A DNA stretch of 63,642 nt, filler included, from Lenisia limosa (lineage: Eukaryota > Protista > Breviatea): assembly GCA_001655205.1 (NCBI GenBank). It is 11 parts of 11 records of this genome, joined end to end, with 100 filler letters (N's around TTAATTAATTAA, not from the genome) between each part and the next. Parts side by side here need not be neighbours in the genome. Positions count along the whole stretch, not along the records: positions 27,800 to 35,856 come from LPNZ01001679.1; positions 35,957 to 38,116 come from LPNZ01002137.1; positions 38,217 to 39,516 come from LPNZ01001327.1; 8 more parts are not named here. The stretch is one strand, 5' to 3'. The translations under genes were made by a program, and so were the position numbers. The notes beneath the pieces were generated by a model. The model did no database searches, was not told where the DNA came from, and saw only the letters and a list, made by a program, of their open reading frames with translations. Every line of letters begins with the position of its first letter. The first letter of the stretch is position 1. Positions 27,700 to 39,616 of the stretch are shown here, in pieces.

Positions 27700-27799
27700 N
27701 NNNNNNNNNNNNNNNNNNNNNNNNNNNNNNNNNNNNNNNNNNNTTAATTAATTAANNNNNNNNNNNNNNNNNNNNNNNNNNNNNNNNNNNNNNNNNNNN
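27700..27799. other. Artificial 100-bp contig-joining spacer (N44-TTAATTAATTAA-N44)
   Basis: Identical 12-mer cores start at 27744, 35901, 38161, 39561, 42122, 44267, 45844, 50027, 54851 and 60154, each centred in N runs; the 12-mer puts stop codons in all six frames. Confidence 0.95.
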
Positions 27800-28869
27800 T
27801 TCATTTGGCTTGTTTTCACAGATAGAGGAAAATTCACAGATATATGGACGGTGTGATATTATATATCATCTAGATATTTTCAATTGGATGTCGTTGTGTG
27901 GATATCAAGTATACATATGATATACTACTATGATATATAATTGTACTTGGTCATTTGCCCCTTTCATCACTTCATTCTGCAGACAATCGCTCCATTGGAC
28001 TCTGATGGGCTCCACCATTGGTACTGCTGCCACAGTTGCGCACAGTGCCAAGCCGGGTACTTGCCTTGTACGCGGGGATATCACTTGCCCTCTTGCAATC
28101 TCAATGTACTATCTGATATGCTTCCTTTAAACTGATATGATTTACAATGCATAGTATACTATATCATATACATATATATTATAGTATTACTACTATATCA
28201 TACTTAGTAGTATATGAATTAAATGATGTAGTATTAATGATACCAAATCGTATGCATATAGGCATATCATATATTTTACTTGACTTTCAACTCGTATTTG
28301 TATGAATAAACACTTTAATGAGTGACATTATGGCAGACTACCATGGAGACTATCAAGGTGCTGACAACAACAACTGGACTTCTCCCTCGACAAATGAAGG
28401 GAAGGTTTGTAGCCTGGATTATTTTACTGGTAAAATTTTCATAAATGATGATGTTGGAAGTTGGACGTATCATGTATTAAGCTGTTATATGACTACGTTG
28501 ATAGGTCTTACCACCGTCATACTCACCTATTAGACACATTCCTTTGACGCATCGGACATATGATGAGAGCCCTTTGATGACATCATCAACACCGTCACAA
28601 GGCATGTCAGTCATGTCCATTCCTGAGGCTGGTAGACGGGCTCCTCTTCTTTAGACTATTGAATTTACCCCCCCCCCTTCCAATCCAATCTCGCTCTTAA
28701 CATTGTAAAGGACCCGTTTCCCACTTTTTTTTGAATAAAAAGGTGTTTTTATTACCTTAAAGTTACAGTTATAGCATTTTTTAAAAATTTATTTGCTTCT
28801 CATTTCATAGGAGAATCAACGCCAGCAAAGCTCTCCAAAGTTGGTTGTTTTGAAGTGTCAGAATTAGAG

Positions 28870-29790
28870 CTCCTTACTTGATGCCTGAATTTCTATTTTG
28901 TACCATGCTTCTCATTGATACTCATACCCATTTTCTCATCACTCAGCCGGACGAGGTGTCCGAAAAGCTCTCTGATCGGGGTCCCAACAGTCCTGGTGTA
29001 TTTTCATCAAGGTAATGAGACGTCTTGTTCTGCTTCGCACCGATATGCATCGACTTTTCTCGGGTCACTGTTCAGTTCCCCTTCCTGTATGTCTCCGAAC
29101 CACTCATCGCACAACCTCAGTCGTCCTTGCTCGCCTCCATTCGGTTGGTTGCAATCGCTTGTTCATCATCCCCATATCTTGTGCTGATATCTGCCGTCAT
29201 GCTCAAAAAACGGTGCTATTCTGACGCTCAAGCTGTTCCACCTATTTCGCTATCCCGGTCCCCGCAACTGTCCTCTATTGACACCCCGGCTGCGGCTATT
29301 GAGATCCTCAAAATGGGCTTGCCGCTTGACCTCATGAGACAGGAACCTCCGAACACGCAAGTCGTGGCAGCGTTCTATGTAAGCTTAAGAGCTACTGCTT
29401 CACTTGGGTCAACAAAAAGACAAGTTATCAAGGATTTTGTTCCCTCTTACTGATACTAAAATAAATGCATGAGAAAAAAAAACATACACTAAAAGAGGTT
29501 AGATAATATCAGTACTAAAAGAGGGCGGTTTAATGGTTAGATAACACTACTAAAAGAGGGCCCTTTCATGGTTAGATAATATTAGTACTAAAAGAGGACC
29601 CTTTAATGGTTCGATAATATCACGTATACACCTTTATTTCTCAGTACAATGGGCTGGTTTCCCTCCACAACTCCAAAGAAGAGGTCGAAGCTGTCCTTGT
29701 CCGTTTACCGATGTCAATGATCCGATCAGAGTCTATGCTCAACTTCTCCGCTCCCCGCAGAAAGTTGGCAAAATGGGGGTCATTCTGAAA
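28870..29790 (-). CDS. Hypothetical multi-exon protein
   Basis: GC-richer blocks bounded by GT/AG signals (e.g. EWFGDIQEGELNSDPRKVDAYR|TVGTPIRELFGHLVRLSDEKM); no recognisable family. Confidence 0.3.
29488..29622. repeat. Intronic minisatellite, ~4 units of ~25-40 bp
   Basis: Recurrent ACTAAAAGAGG...GGTT(A/C)GATAA. Confidence 0.8.
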
Positions 29791-30369
29791 CAATGGCCTT
29801 TTTGATACCCAGAATTGAACTTCAGTGTTTTACAACATTTTTTGTAATTGCTCTTTCACTAATTGCAATTAGCGTCAGGACTGGCCAAAAGGCGATTGCT
29901 GCCACCACTGAGAGAAGCGCGTCGCTGTGCGCTCTGGCATCCGGGCTGAAACTCGGTGGGAAATTCCGCTTTATGCTTCACTTTTATCAACAAGCACTGA
30001 TCTGATTCACTTTTCCTATCAGATTACCCCGAGTTGGGAGTGATTTTCTGCTTTTTTTACAAGGAGTTTTCTGGCCGGAAAACACGAGTTTATGAAGCGA
30101 GCGAGTGTTTTCCTCAACAGATAACTCCGAGTAACAAAAGGAAAACAAACACGTGGGGGAAAATGAGGGGAAGTTGAATGGAAAACACTCGAGTCGGGAT
30201 TTTTACACTTTTCCAGTAATACGGTAATTTTCTGGAAAAAGATTTTTCCTGAGTTACTGAGCTGATATACATTCATCATTTGCAAAATGACTTTGGTAGA
30301 ATTCAGCTATCAATTCCACATTGTAATGATAGTATTGTTCCTATTACATCAGCAACATTAGTTACACCT

Positions 30370-33300
30370 CAGGCCAAAGAGTCCAGTCTTCGCGGTCGCT
30401 CAGTGAGACTCTTCCTCAGCCGAACTTGACCCCCTCACAATCACATTCCCTCATCCCCGAGGACACGGCGAGGTCCGCTGACAAGCGCCCTCTAGGCCCC
30501 ATGGCTCGGAGTAATAACCTCGCCGCTACTGCCAATGTGTGTCTCTTTGTTAGCTTCAATCAAACCAATACTAGTTTAAAAAGATTGTCTCGATACACTC
30601 CTGATCAATACCTACATTTTCCCAAGGTGCACGTGACCTTTCAGACGCGCGGACGAGCAATGAGCGCCACGTCTACGCCCGACATTCTGAGGCTTCAGCA
30701 GTCTTCTTCAAACGACAGCGAGGATGGCGTTCGTGGGGTCTGAGACTGCCTATCCCTCATTGATTATTTTTAATATTAAGTATAACAGTAGTGATGCAAA
30801 CCGAATCTTTGTTCCTTCATTATTACAGTCATATTCACACTTCAACGACCCCCGGAAGCAGCAGCGGAGCAGTGTGGCAGTTTTTGGCCCCTCTGTTGCT
30901 GAAGCCTTCTTTATCAACGGTTTCCTTCATGTTAGTTCGGAATAATAATATCACATGATGGTTATTCTCTTCTGTTGTTTAGATATTACCCGTTTTAGGC
31001 TAGGATACATCTCATGTGGACTGGGTTCTTCGTGGTCATCATTGCTGTCATCTCCTACCCCCTTCCGAACTTTGGAGATAATGAAGTTATGGTTGGTGGG
31101 AATTCATCGATTGGGTTTAGCCTTTACTGATACGCAGAAAGCTCTAAAGCAAATGAATGACTGGGTGAATTGACAATATTCTATGGTGACGGTTATCATT
31201 TCCGGATGCAAGACCCTTAACATTAGGTGAGATACCCGCTCCTTTTTGCCCAGGCCATTGTGGCTCTCGTTTTGGTGTACTTCCTGGGCTTTGCGGGGGC
31301 TGAAGCGGCGGATTTCAGAAGGCCGATCGCCTTCTTTTTCGGTGCGGGGGGGGGGGGGGNNNNNNNNNNNNNNNNNNNNNNNNNNNNNNNNNNNNNNNNN
31401 NNNNNNNNNNNNNNNNNNNNNNNNNNNNNNNNNNNNNNNNNNNNNNNNNNNNNNNNNNNNNNNNNNNNNNNNNNNNNNNNNNNNNNNNNNNNNNNNNNNN
31501 NNNNATTTGCCTGGTGTCTTACAACTCTTTCAAGTCTTCGTAAGCGTCATTGATATTGAGGATTACAGTGACCTCTTCGTAGGCAAATGTCTATCCATTC
31601 TTATGTTATTTTTCAAACAAATGAAGCTCATTGCTATTTATAAACAGATTTTATGCCTGTACATGAACATGTAATTCACATTTTAAGGGCCTTTTTTGGA
31701 CCCTGCAAGGTCTCTGCTAAACAAGAAACTGACCTTCTGTAGAGTCATTTTTTGTTGTCTATCTCTTGCTGGAGTCTCAATTCTGCACATTTCAATTGGT
31801 GGAGGACTGAAAGAGCTTTTAGTCAAGTTTGTGAACCGCTGTCTTTCTGACACAATTTAGACTGATGCTGTTCACCATCCAGACTGCTACTTGTAAGTGA
31901 CCCCTCCTGATTAACTCTTTAGCTCTCGTGTTTCTCAATAGCTACTACAGCCTCTTTGCTTCCAATAACCTTCTTGTCAAGGAAAAGCTTATTCAAATCC
32001 AGGCAACCGAGGGTAATGGAGTTGCCAATCTTCATTTTCTAGCTTTGCTGTTTCAGAACATTCCACCGCACCTGGTGCCCTTAGTGGTCACGTTGCGCGT
32101 TGACGTGAACCACCCCTCCAGTGACTCGGCTGTTGTCGACGCTTTTGCCTCATCTGTCACGGCTGTTCGGGTGGCGGGGGGGGGGNNNNNNNNNNNNNNN
32201 NNNNNNNNNNNNNNNNNNNNNNNNNNNNNNNNNNNNNNNNNNNNNNNNNTCTCACCAGTATTGCAAGATATACTAATCATATAATATGTGTAATATATGG
32301 TAGTACAGTATATTATCGTATTAGTATATCATATAATACTATGTATGTATGACTCTTCAGACCAACATTGTCGGCTTTTCGAAGTTTGCTGAGACATCCA
32401 CACCGCAAAGCGTCTTCTCGCAACTTGGCCATATCACGGACATTCTAGACTCCCTCTGTTCCCGATTCCATGGCCGTCGCCTCGGTTCAATTGGTGGGTC
32501 CGGATACCCCACTCCCCCTTTTGAACTATGGACAGCTTCAGTGTGAATCAATCATTTCCTTTTAACAGCGACATCCCACTGACAATATATTAGGGGACAA
32601 GTGGATCGCAATATTCGGCATTGAAGGCACTGCACGTGACCATTCCACTGCTAGCTGCAAGCTAGCCATAAACGCCAGTGCTGCTCTGCAAAATGACAAT
32701 AGTGAGTTTGCGCTGCGCGTTGGCGTAGTGACAGGCTTCGGGAGCGCAGGTGTGTTGGTGTCGGGTGAGAATTAATGATTTAAAACCTGGGATACCATAC
32801 TTAACCATCTTCCAGCTGTCGTAAGTCGAGTACAGCCTCGCTATTTAATGGTGAGCCAAAATGCATGTTTTCTGACGTTTAGTGGGGTCCCATTCTTGAT
32901 GATGTGAAATGCGTGGAGAAATCCTGCCCCCCGGGACGTGTTGTGATTTCAGCCAAAACATACACAAGTCTTTTCCTCACGCGTCGCGCCATTGAGGCGT
33001 ATCAGCCTGAAGAGGTGTGTTTCTTTTGTCAAGCGAAGTCCGCTTCTTTTTCTGACTATCCTCTTATTTCTGAATAGACCTATAAATTTTGATATTTAGA
33101 GTGTTCAGGCAAAAACCAACAATAATTGGGGATACACCGTGTTCTGAAATGACTGACGGATTCATCATGATATCGCGTTCTGAAATGACTGGCGGGATTC
33201 ATAATATCACATGGAAGGAGTTTTTGCACTAATAACCTTAACTGATCGTCATTTGTAAGTATGCCCTAACTTCGCAGTCCTTCCGCAGCCGTAAGAACCC

Positions 33301-34261
33301 CAGTACCCACTCCAGCCCCCTTATATCGTTCCACTCCGAAGCCGAGGCTGAGCCTCTCCCGGCTCTACAGATCTCGTCAATATCACGTGAAACAACGGTT
33401 TGCTGGGGTGGACATATTCTTTCGTATTATATACTATAGCTATATCATGTATGCCAGATGATACTACTATTATATTGTATATCTCCCCGCTCCTCCCATT
33501 GAATTGAAAATTGTAACAACCTTGAACGAAGATATTGCCCCCATTGATTTGGTTTTTTTTTTGTTTCATAAATTTTTCAATTTTACGGAGTAATGGATGC
33601 GGTGCTGCAGTAGCGACTGGGCTTTGTTTGTTTGGTTGTTATCAACCCTCGTGTGTTGTCAGCCAACAGAGTTGATTTTTTTTTATAAATTTTCCAATTT
33701 TACTCCCCCCCCCTCACCATATAGAACGAAGATATTGGGCCGCTATCGGCCAGCACAGTGAGTGTCCACTCAATGGGCCATCCAATTGATAAGAAAAGGG
33801 GACAGTCCATGACGACAATTCCGTACGCTCTCAAGCAATGTTGGTTTGGTGCTTGCTGAGAAGAAGTCAGGTCATTTATCCATTTTTGTTGATCTAACCT
33901 GATTACCCAGCGTGTTCCACGAACTCTCTTCCTCTGCTTCAAAAGTCCCAGAGTTCCAATGACACCGGGTGGGACTTTTATTGACTTTAGACATCTTTAT
34001 CACTTTTAGGAGCAATGCTCATGTTATGTATTATATCTTGTATTCTCTGCTTCACTTGATATTTATCCCGGCAGACAGCAGTCCCCCCACTCGCGAAACT
34101 CACGAACATCTTCTGTTGCCAACGTAAGCTTTTGGCATGGAGAAATATCGGCTTCACCCGCTCAGGTCCCTATCAGTGTTCTTGCCAACGCTGCTTCCTG
34201 GGAGCTGTTGCCTTCCGGGAACTACATTTGGGTCGGCAACATCCGTCGCAAGTTCCGATAA
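30370..34261 (+). CDS. Membrane class III adenylyl/guanylyl cyclase-like protein, probably catalytically degenerate
   Basis: Hydrophobic exons (31227-31340), helical LLFQNIPPHLV, then TNIVGFSKFAETSTPQSV..., GDKWIAIFG, LRVGVVTG, PRYLM|WGPILDDVKCVEKSCPPGRVVISAKTY; ends ...NIRRKFR* (TAA 34259-34261). 5' end approximate. Confidence 0.8.
33594..33713 (+). repeat. Dispersed intronic repeat family D (reference copy), ending at the 3' splice site 33723-33724
   Basis: Approximate consensus GATGCGGTGCTGCAG..GACTGGCCTGGGCTTTGTTTGTT..ATCAACCCT.GTGTGTTGTCAGCCAACAGAGTTGATTT..TTTCATAAATTTTCCAATTTTAC(T)C(n). Other copies at ~7755, 38220, 40770, 51190, 51821, 52075, 53241, 54073, 54310, 59985, 62360 and 63475. 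Confidence 0.9.
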
Positions 34262-34346
34262 ACTGAGATTTCTACTGTCTCCTGTTACCTTTGTTTCTAA
34301 GAGAATATATGCACACATGCATCCATGAAAAAGGGAAAATTGTGAC

Positions 34347-35856
34347 CTAGTCAATACGAATACTCTTGTAGATCTTGGAGACAAACCAATACGATGAGAA
34401 CAGCCCGACAGCTCCCGTGACCAAGAAGAACGTCACTGACCTAAAGCGTCAGAAAATACGCAGATAATGGCGAATTAAAATGATCCCAACACTCTCAATA
34501 TGATACGCTAAAGCCCCCCCCCCCTCACATGATAAGAGAATAGCTGAAGAACAACACGGCGGCGCTAGTATCAGTCACCTCCAGGTTTGTGTTGTAGTAC
34601 ACGATACTGAGCAGTGAGAGGAAAAGGTTTGTGCTGTAGTACACGATACTGAGCAGTGAGAGGAAAAGGTTTGTGTTGTAGTACACGATACTGAGCAGTG
34701 AGAGGAAAACGAGCAAAAGTAGCCCCTCAACCTGTAAAGGAACATGTAGATACCTGAAGAACCCGAGGACAGGAAGGACCTCCACCACCTAAAAGGTCAT
34801 ATTCTTTTGGCAAATATGTACATGCTGCACTAAAGACTCACCATCTGTAGTCCTCCGCACAAAGTTGGAAGTATGTCATGACGATTGAGATTTGAGCGCA
34901 AAGAATGACCAGAATCAGGAACACCACGAAGAGGAAGCCGAACAGGTAGTAGAACTGGTTCTGCCAAAGCGACGAGAGGATGAAGAAGAGTTCAATAAAG
35001 ATGGCGCCGAAGGGCAGGACGCCGCTGACGGCGATGGACACGAAGGGTCTCATGTACCACACCTAAGGGTCAGATTGCCGTCGAAGGTATTGTCACTGCA
35101 TTAAAAAAAAAAAAAAAAACCCCTTAAAGCATGCTCAAACGTTCACCCATGTTCAAAAAGATAATTTCAAGAACAGCGAATAAGAACCAAGCCCCCAACC
35201 TGAACAGGAATTTGACGAGGAATTTGGTTAGTCCGCACTAAAACGTCAGATACGATAATACAAAATAAGGCAGGTCATTTCACTTCGTCCAAAATGAGAT
35301 CAAAATCATGTCCATGAGAGCTAAAGAGACCAGCAAAGGGGTCACGTGACCTACCAGGAGGCTCAGTGGCAGCCTTCTTGAGGCCAAAGTAACTTCCCAC
35401 AAAGGTCAGAGGGACGGCGATAATAACCCAGCTACATGTGTGAAAAGAGCAAAAAATGCCGCTACATGTGTGAAAAGAGCTTATAATGCCGCTACATGTG
35501 TGAAAAGAGTGTACAATGCATGGGGCCAAGAAGATAGCAAACAATAGGAAAGCAATATAAAGCCTCCCCCCCCCCCCTACAAGCCGAAGATGGCACACAT
35601 GGTGCCGAAGGGGACCGCTCCGGTCGAGTGCGCGGACCACACCCAGAAGTTCATGAGGAAGTACGTCAGGAACACAAAGCCGGGGTATCTACATGGTTGT
35701 CACAATCGGAAATGCAAATTTATTGAATATTAACTCATAAAAGGAATATGGGGTATATACTATGTAGATCTAGATCCAGGCTACCCCAGTAATGTAGATC
35801 TTAGATTCTTGCCTACCCCAGTACGGCGCCGGCGGTGAGGAACTTCCAGTCGAAGC
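34347..35856 (-). CDS. TM9SF: Transmembrane 9 superfamily (nonaspanin/EMP70) protein, C-terminal part
   Basis: [83 protein letters not shown] (TAG 34349-34347). Confidence 0.95.
34584..34709 (-). repeat. 3 x 42-bp tandem repeat spanning a TM9SF acceptor
   Basis: Units start at 34584, 34626 and 34668 and are nearly identical. Confidence 0.95.
35431..35520 (-). repeat. 3 x 30-bp tandem repeat including a TM9SF acceptor
   Basis: GCTACATGTGTGAAAAGAG at 35431, 35461 and 35491. Confidence 0.95.
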
Positions 35857-36895
35857 NNNNNNNNNNNNNNNNNNNNNNNNNNNNNNNNNNNNNNNNNNNN
35901 TTAATTAATTAANNNNNNNNNNNNNNNNNNNNNNNNNNNNNNNNNNNNNNNNNNNNTTGGATAAAGCGATAAAATTGAGGTGTATGGGGTGGTTTTCTGA
36001 ATTAATGACACGGTTTTGGTGCAGCAGCATATCCTTTCTTTGGTGATATTTGATAACTCTAAAATCCAATACTTTGTTTACGAGTGATGCTGTGGACAGC
36101 TTCAGCCAGGTACTGCCTGTTTTTATTCTCATCTCTCTATCATGTATTATCTTATTCCTATTCATTTTAAAAGCGAGGTCAACATATTATTGCAATTCTT
36201 TTTTCTTTTTCACAAAACACAGTCCAGCCAACTTTCAACCCTGCGGAGAGCCACTGGTCTGTACACCACACCGACACGGATATCAGTATGCATGAGATAA
36301 TGTCTAACTGAAAACTGTGATCTTTGTTTTTTTTTTTTTGTTTTTTGTTTTTTTTTTGCTAAAAGTTTCACTCTCGATAATTGATATATTTGTCCATTTT
36401 GTTGATTATGCCACTCAAAGTAAGTGAGAAATATCGAAAAAAAATATAACATAACATGTTATTACATGCATTTTATTTGTCTTTGTCAAAAATTTTATAA
36501 AAGTGTCACGATTTAGCTCCTCCACAAAGCAAAACAATCCCCCGCCGCACCCCTGTCCAACAAGCTATCTCCTCCCTGGCTCTACAGCCCCCTGAAGGGC
36601 AAATGTCCTTAAGGTGAGCCCGGGGGGGGGGGTAACAATATTTGCTGTGGAGTAAACTTGAAAATTTTGTCAGAAAATGTGAATCAAGGGGGTCTGTTGT
36701 GATAACGCACCCTTTTCTAAACACTCTAAAAACTCAAGTAATGTCTAAACACTCAGATAATGGCTAAATAGATAATATCTAGACATTAAGATAGCCAAGT
36801 TCCCTAGTCTAAACATTCAGATCCGCAAGTCCGCTTCATTTACCGTTAACTGCTGCGAGGCGACCCATACCAAAACAAGCCTTTTCTCCTTCGAT

Positions 36896-36972
36896 GTATG
36901 TGGGAAGATGATGGAGCCCGGGGTGGGGGAGTATGTGGGAAGATGATGGAGCCCGGGGTGTGGGAGTATGTG
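36896..36972 (+). repeat. 2 x 35-bp tandem repeat plus a third GTATGT start
   Basis: GTATGTGGGAAGATGATGGAGCCCGGGGTG(G/T)GGGA at 36896 and 36931; GTATGTG at 36966. Confidence 0.9.
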
Positions 36973-37267
36973 ATGACAGAAACCTGTCTATTTTTATGCT
37001 TCAGCGCTAGAGTTTCACTACGGTCCTTAAATAGATAAAATATATCGCTGGGATACCTTTCTGTGTGTCTCCCATTAATGACATATTCTTCAAATTGAAA
37101 AGTGCAAGATTGTCATGTGCAAAGAAAAATAGTAGATTACCACCAATAAATACAAACACAAAAGACTAACCACTCCAAATACCCCAAAAACACAACTGAA
37201 GAACCTTAGCAAGGTTTGACTCGGCTTCAAAAGCCTTGTTACAGTTAAAATATCAGGAGTAATTATA

Positions 37268-37850
37268 GGCTATTCAGTACCACCGTCAGCCTCGATGTCC
37301 TCGCCTTCATCGGCATTGTTCTCGTCTGAAGTAATATTAATTTCGGAGGACAAACAAACAGAGATTCGAACAGCAATACAACCCTTCACCCCCGCCCGAT
37401 CCCAAATATCACCACCTAAGGTTATTCAAAGTATAATCACCTACATTTTCCCATTGATGAGAGCATTAGTAGTTTATCATTGCGCGTTGCGGCAGCCTCG
37501 ATTATACACCGGGGTGGTTCTCTGTGATTAGAAATACGATAAGCCTGTACACAGTGCTTTTGTCCGCCTTCTGTGTGCTGGCAACCTTTTAATTCACCAG
37601 TTGACGCAAATTTGAAGGCATGAGGTACAAGTCGAAGCATTGTAGTCTTTACGGTTGGTACTCCTTCCTCCCCGAAATCTGTCTCACTTTCAGTGATTAA
37701 ATGATTCCATAATGGTAAAAATCCAAGCAAAGCGGGCCGATTTAACCGGGAAGCGTGGCATGTAATAGTCGCTTTTGCGACATTTTTTGCCACGCTCCAC
37801 TCCAGTGCACTCACTGCAAATTGCTGCTTCATTCATAATCGTTCAATGCT
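37268..37850 (-). CDS. Hypothetical small multi-exon protein with acidic C-terminus
   Basis: Terminal exon DENNADEGEDIEADGGTE* after an AG acceptor; upstream exon frames are ambiguous. Confidence 0.25.
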
Positions 37851-38314
37851 GAAATAGTTTGCCACCGAGTATGTGACTGTAGAAAAGTATTTAGGAAACA
37901 ACTAACCGTGGTAACCACTATCAACCAATAGGGAAGTTTCAAGAAGGTTCGGTTTGAATCCAAATTTATGAACAATTTTGGCAAACAAACGCGTTTTGAA
38001 GCGTGAGGTGGCCAATTGAGAAACAGAGTGCGCCGTGATGTTCTAGATTCTTCAATTGTTAGTCCCCCCCCCCCTTCCCCTTATCATCTGATTTTTGTCT
38101 AGTTTTATCGTTGGGTNNNNNNNNNNNNNNNNNNNNNNNNNNNNNNNNNNNNNNNNNNNNTTAATTAATTAANNNNNNNNNNNNNNNNNNNNNNNNNNNN
38201 NNNNNNNNNNNNNNNNGGTTAATAACAACAAAACAAACAAAGCTCAGACCGTCGCGTCTGCAGCATCCCATTACTCCAGTGTACAAAAAAAGCAAAGACC
38301 TTAACCCCCGGTAC

Positions 38315-39262
38315 CCTCATGAGGTCCTTCTTGGACATCTTCTGACCCTGGTACGGCGACTTCCTGGTGATCATTTCCCACATAATGATGCCGAACGCGT
38401 AGATGTCGGTCTTTTCGGTTGCTCCCTTCGTCTGGGGGGTCAGCCACATTCAATAGTGTCGCGAGAGGGGTGATAGGTTGGGCTTCACTTCGGTTCGAAA
38501 AAAAGACTGAATTTCTCGATAAATCCTCGAAAACTATCGATATTTTATCGGTCTTTATTGGACCGAAGTAAGCCATAGTGATAGGGAGTGTTCTTGCCAA
38601 AGCAGTGTCAAGAAGTGATTATCACCCCATCATTTGTCATACATGCACTCGCCAGCATACCTTGATCAGTTCAGGAGCCATGTACACAACAGTGCCAGCA
38701 AAGCCCTGCACCTTATCGTTCTCCTTGACCTGAGAGCGGTGAGGTCATGTCGTAATTCCGAGTTGGGAATAATTATCAATTTGTGTCACCAATTATAAAA
38801 AATGAAGCGTGTAGCATCTGTTTCACCTCAAAAGAAAATGCATATCTCTTATTGTAATGAAACTGTGCAACCCGATAGCACCCCCCGACACATAGACTGC
38901 CACGGTTTATCCAAGGCAACACTCAATACCATTGCAGCATTACGAAAACAAGCCCAGCACCCCACTTTGGCCAGGCCGAAATCAGCCACCTTCACGTTCC
39001 AGGTCTGATCAACAAGCAGATTGAGGGACTGTGGAGTGAGATCATGAATATGATATCCTTGCTATAATGAAGCTGTTTGGTTGATAAGAAGGCCAGGGGA
39101 CAAAGTGCTTATCCAGTTGTATGAACAGAAGTTGGCATTTGATGACAGTGGCCCCACCTTGAGATCGCGATGCACGATGGGAGGCGTGGCGGTGTGGAGG
39201 AAGGCCATGCCTCGCGCAGCATCCAACAGCATTTTCATCTTCCGCACCCAGTCCAGTTCAAT
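38315..39262 (-). CDS. Tyrosine-kinase-like (TKL, Raf/MAPKKK-like) protein kinase, internal fragment
   Basis: LLDAARGMAFLHTATPPIVHRDLK|SLNLLVDQTWNVKVADFGLAK|...AGTVVYMAPELI|...TEKTDIYAFGIIMWEMITRKSPY (subdomains VIa-X). Confidence 0.92.
38478..38577. mobile_element. hAT-type MITE family A copy in kinase intron
   Basis: Same TIRs (slightly decayed); perfect 8-bp TSD GTGATAGG (38470-38477, 38578-38585). Confidence 0.88.
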
Positions 39263-39616
39263 CTACAACATCATTGCCGTCGATAACAGTTCTATCAAAT
39301 GGGGTGTGCGCTGGGGTGCATGATGAGGATATTGTTGACCTTCACAGTATCTTTGAAATAGAAACCTTTGAGACAAAGGAAACGCAGTAGTATTCATGTA
39401 TTAATTTGTTTCGAGATTTATAATGTACTACTACATCCTATGATATTATTATTGTTAAAAAAAAAACACACAGAACACAGCCCACCATTTGGTCCTTTAA
39501 GACATGGTACAGTGAGNNNNNNNNNNNNNNNNNNNNNNNNNNNNNNNNNNNNNNNNNNNNTTAATTAATTAANNNNNNNNNNNNNNNNNNNNNNNNNNNN
39601 NNNNNNNNNNNNNNNN

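Noticed and set aside
27744-27755. TTAATTAATTAA as a biological conserved motif
   Set aside because: Always centred in exactly 44+44 N; an artificial six-frame-stop linker.
29488-29622. CRISPR-like repeat/spacer pattern
   Set aside because: The intervening segments are homologous to each other, the context is eukaryotic and intronic, and there are no cas genes; it is a minisatellite.
31222-31360. Minus-strand Lys-rich reading PAPKKKAIGLLKSAASAPAKPRKYTK
   Set aside because: Shadow of the hydrophobic plus-strand exon of the cyclase-like gene.
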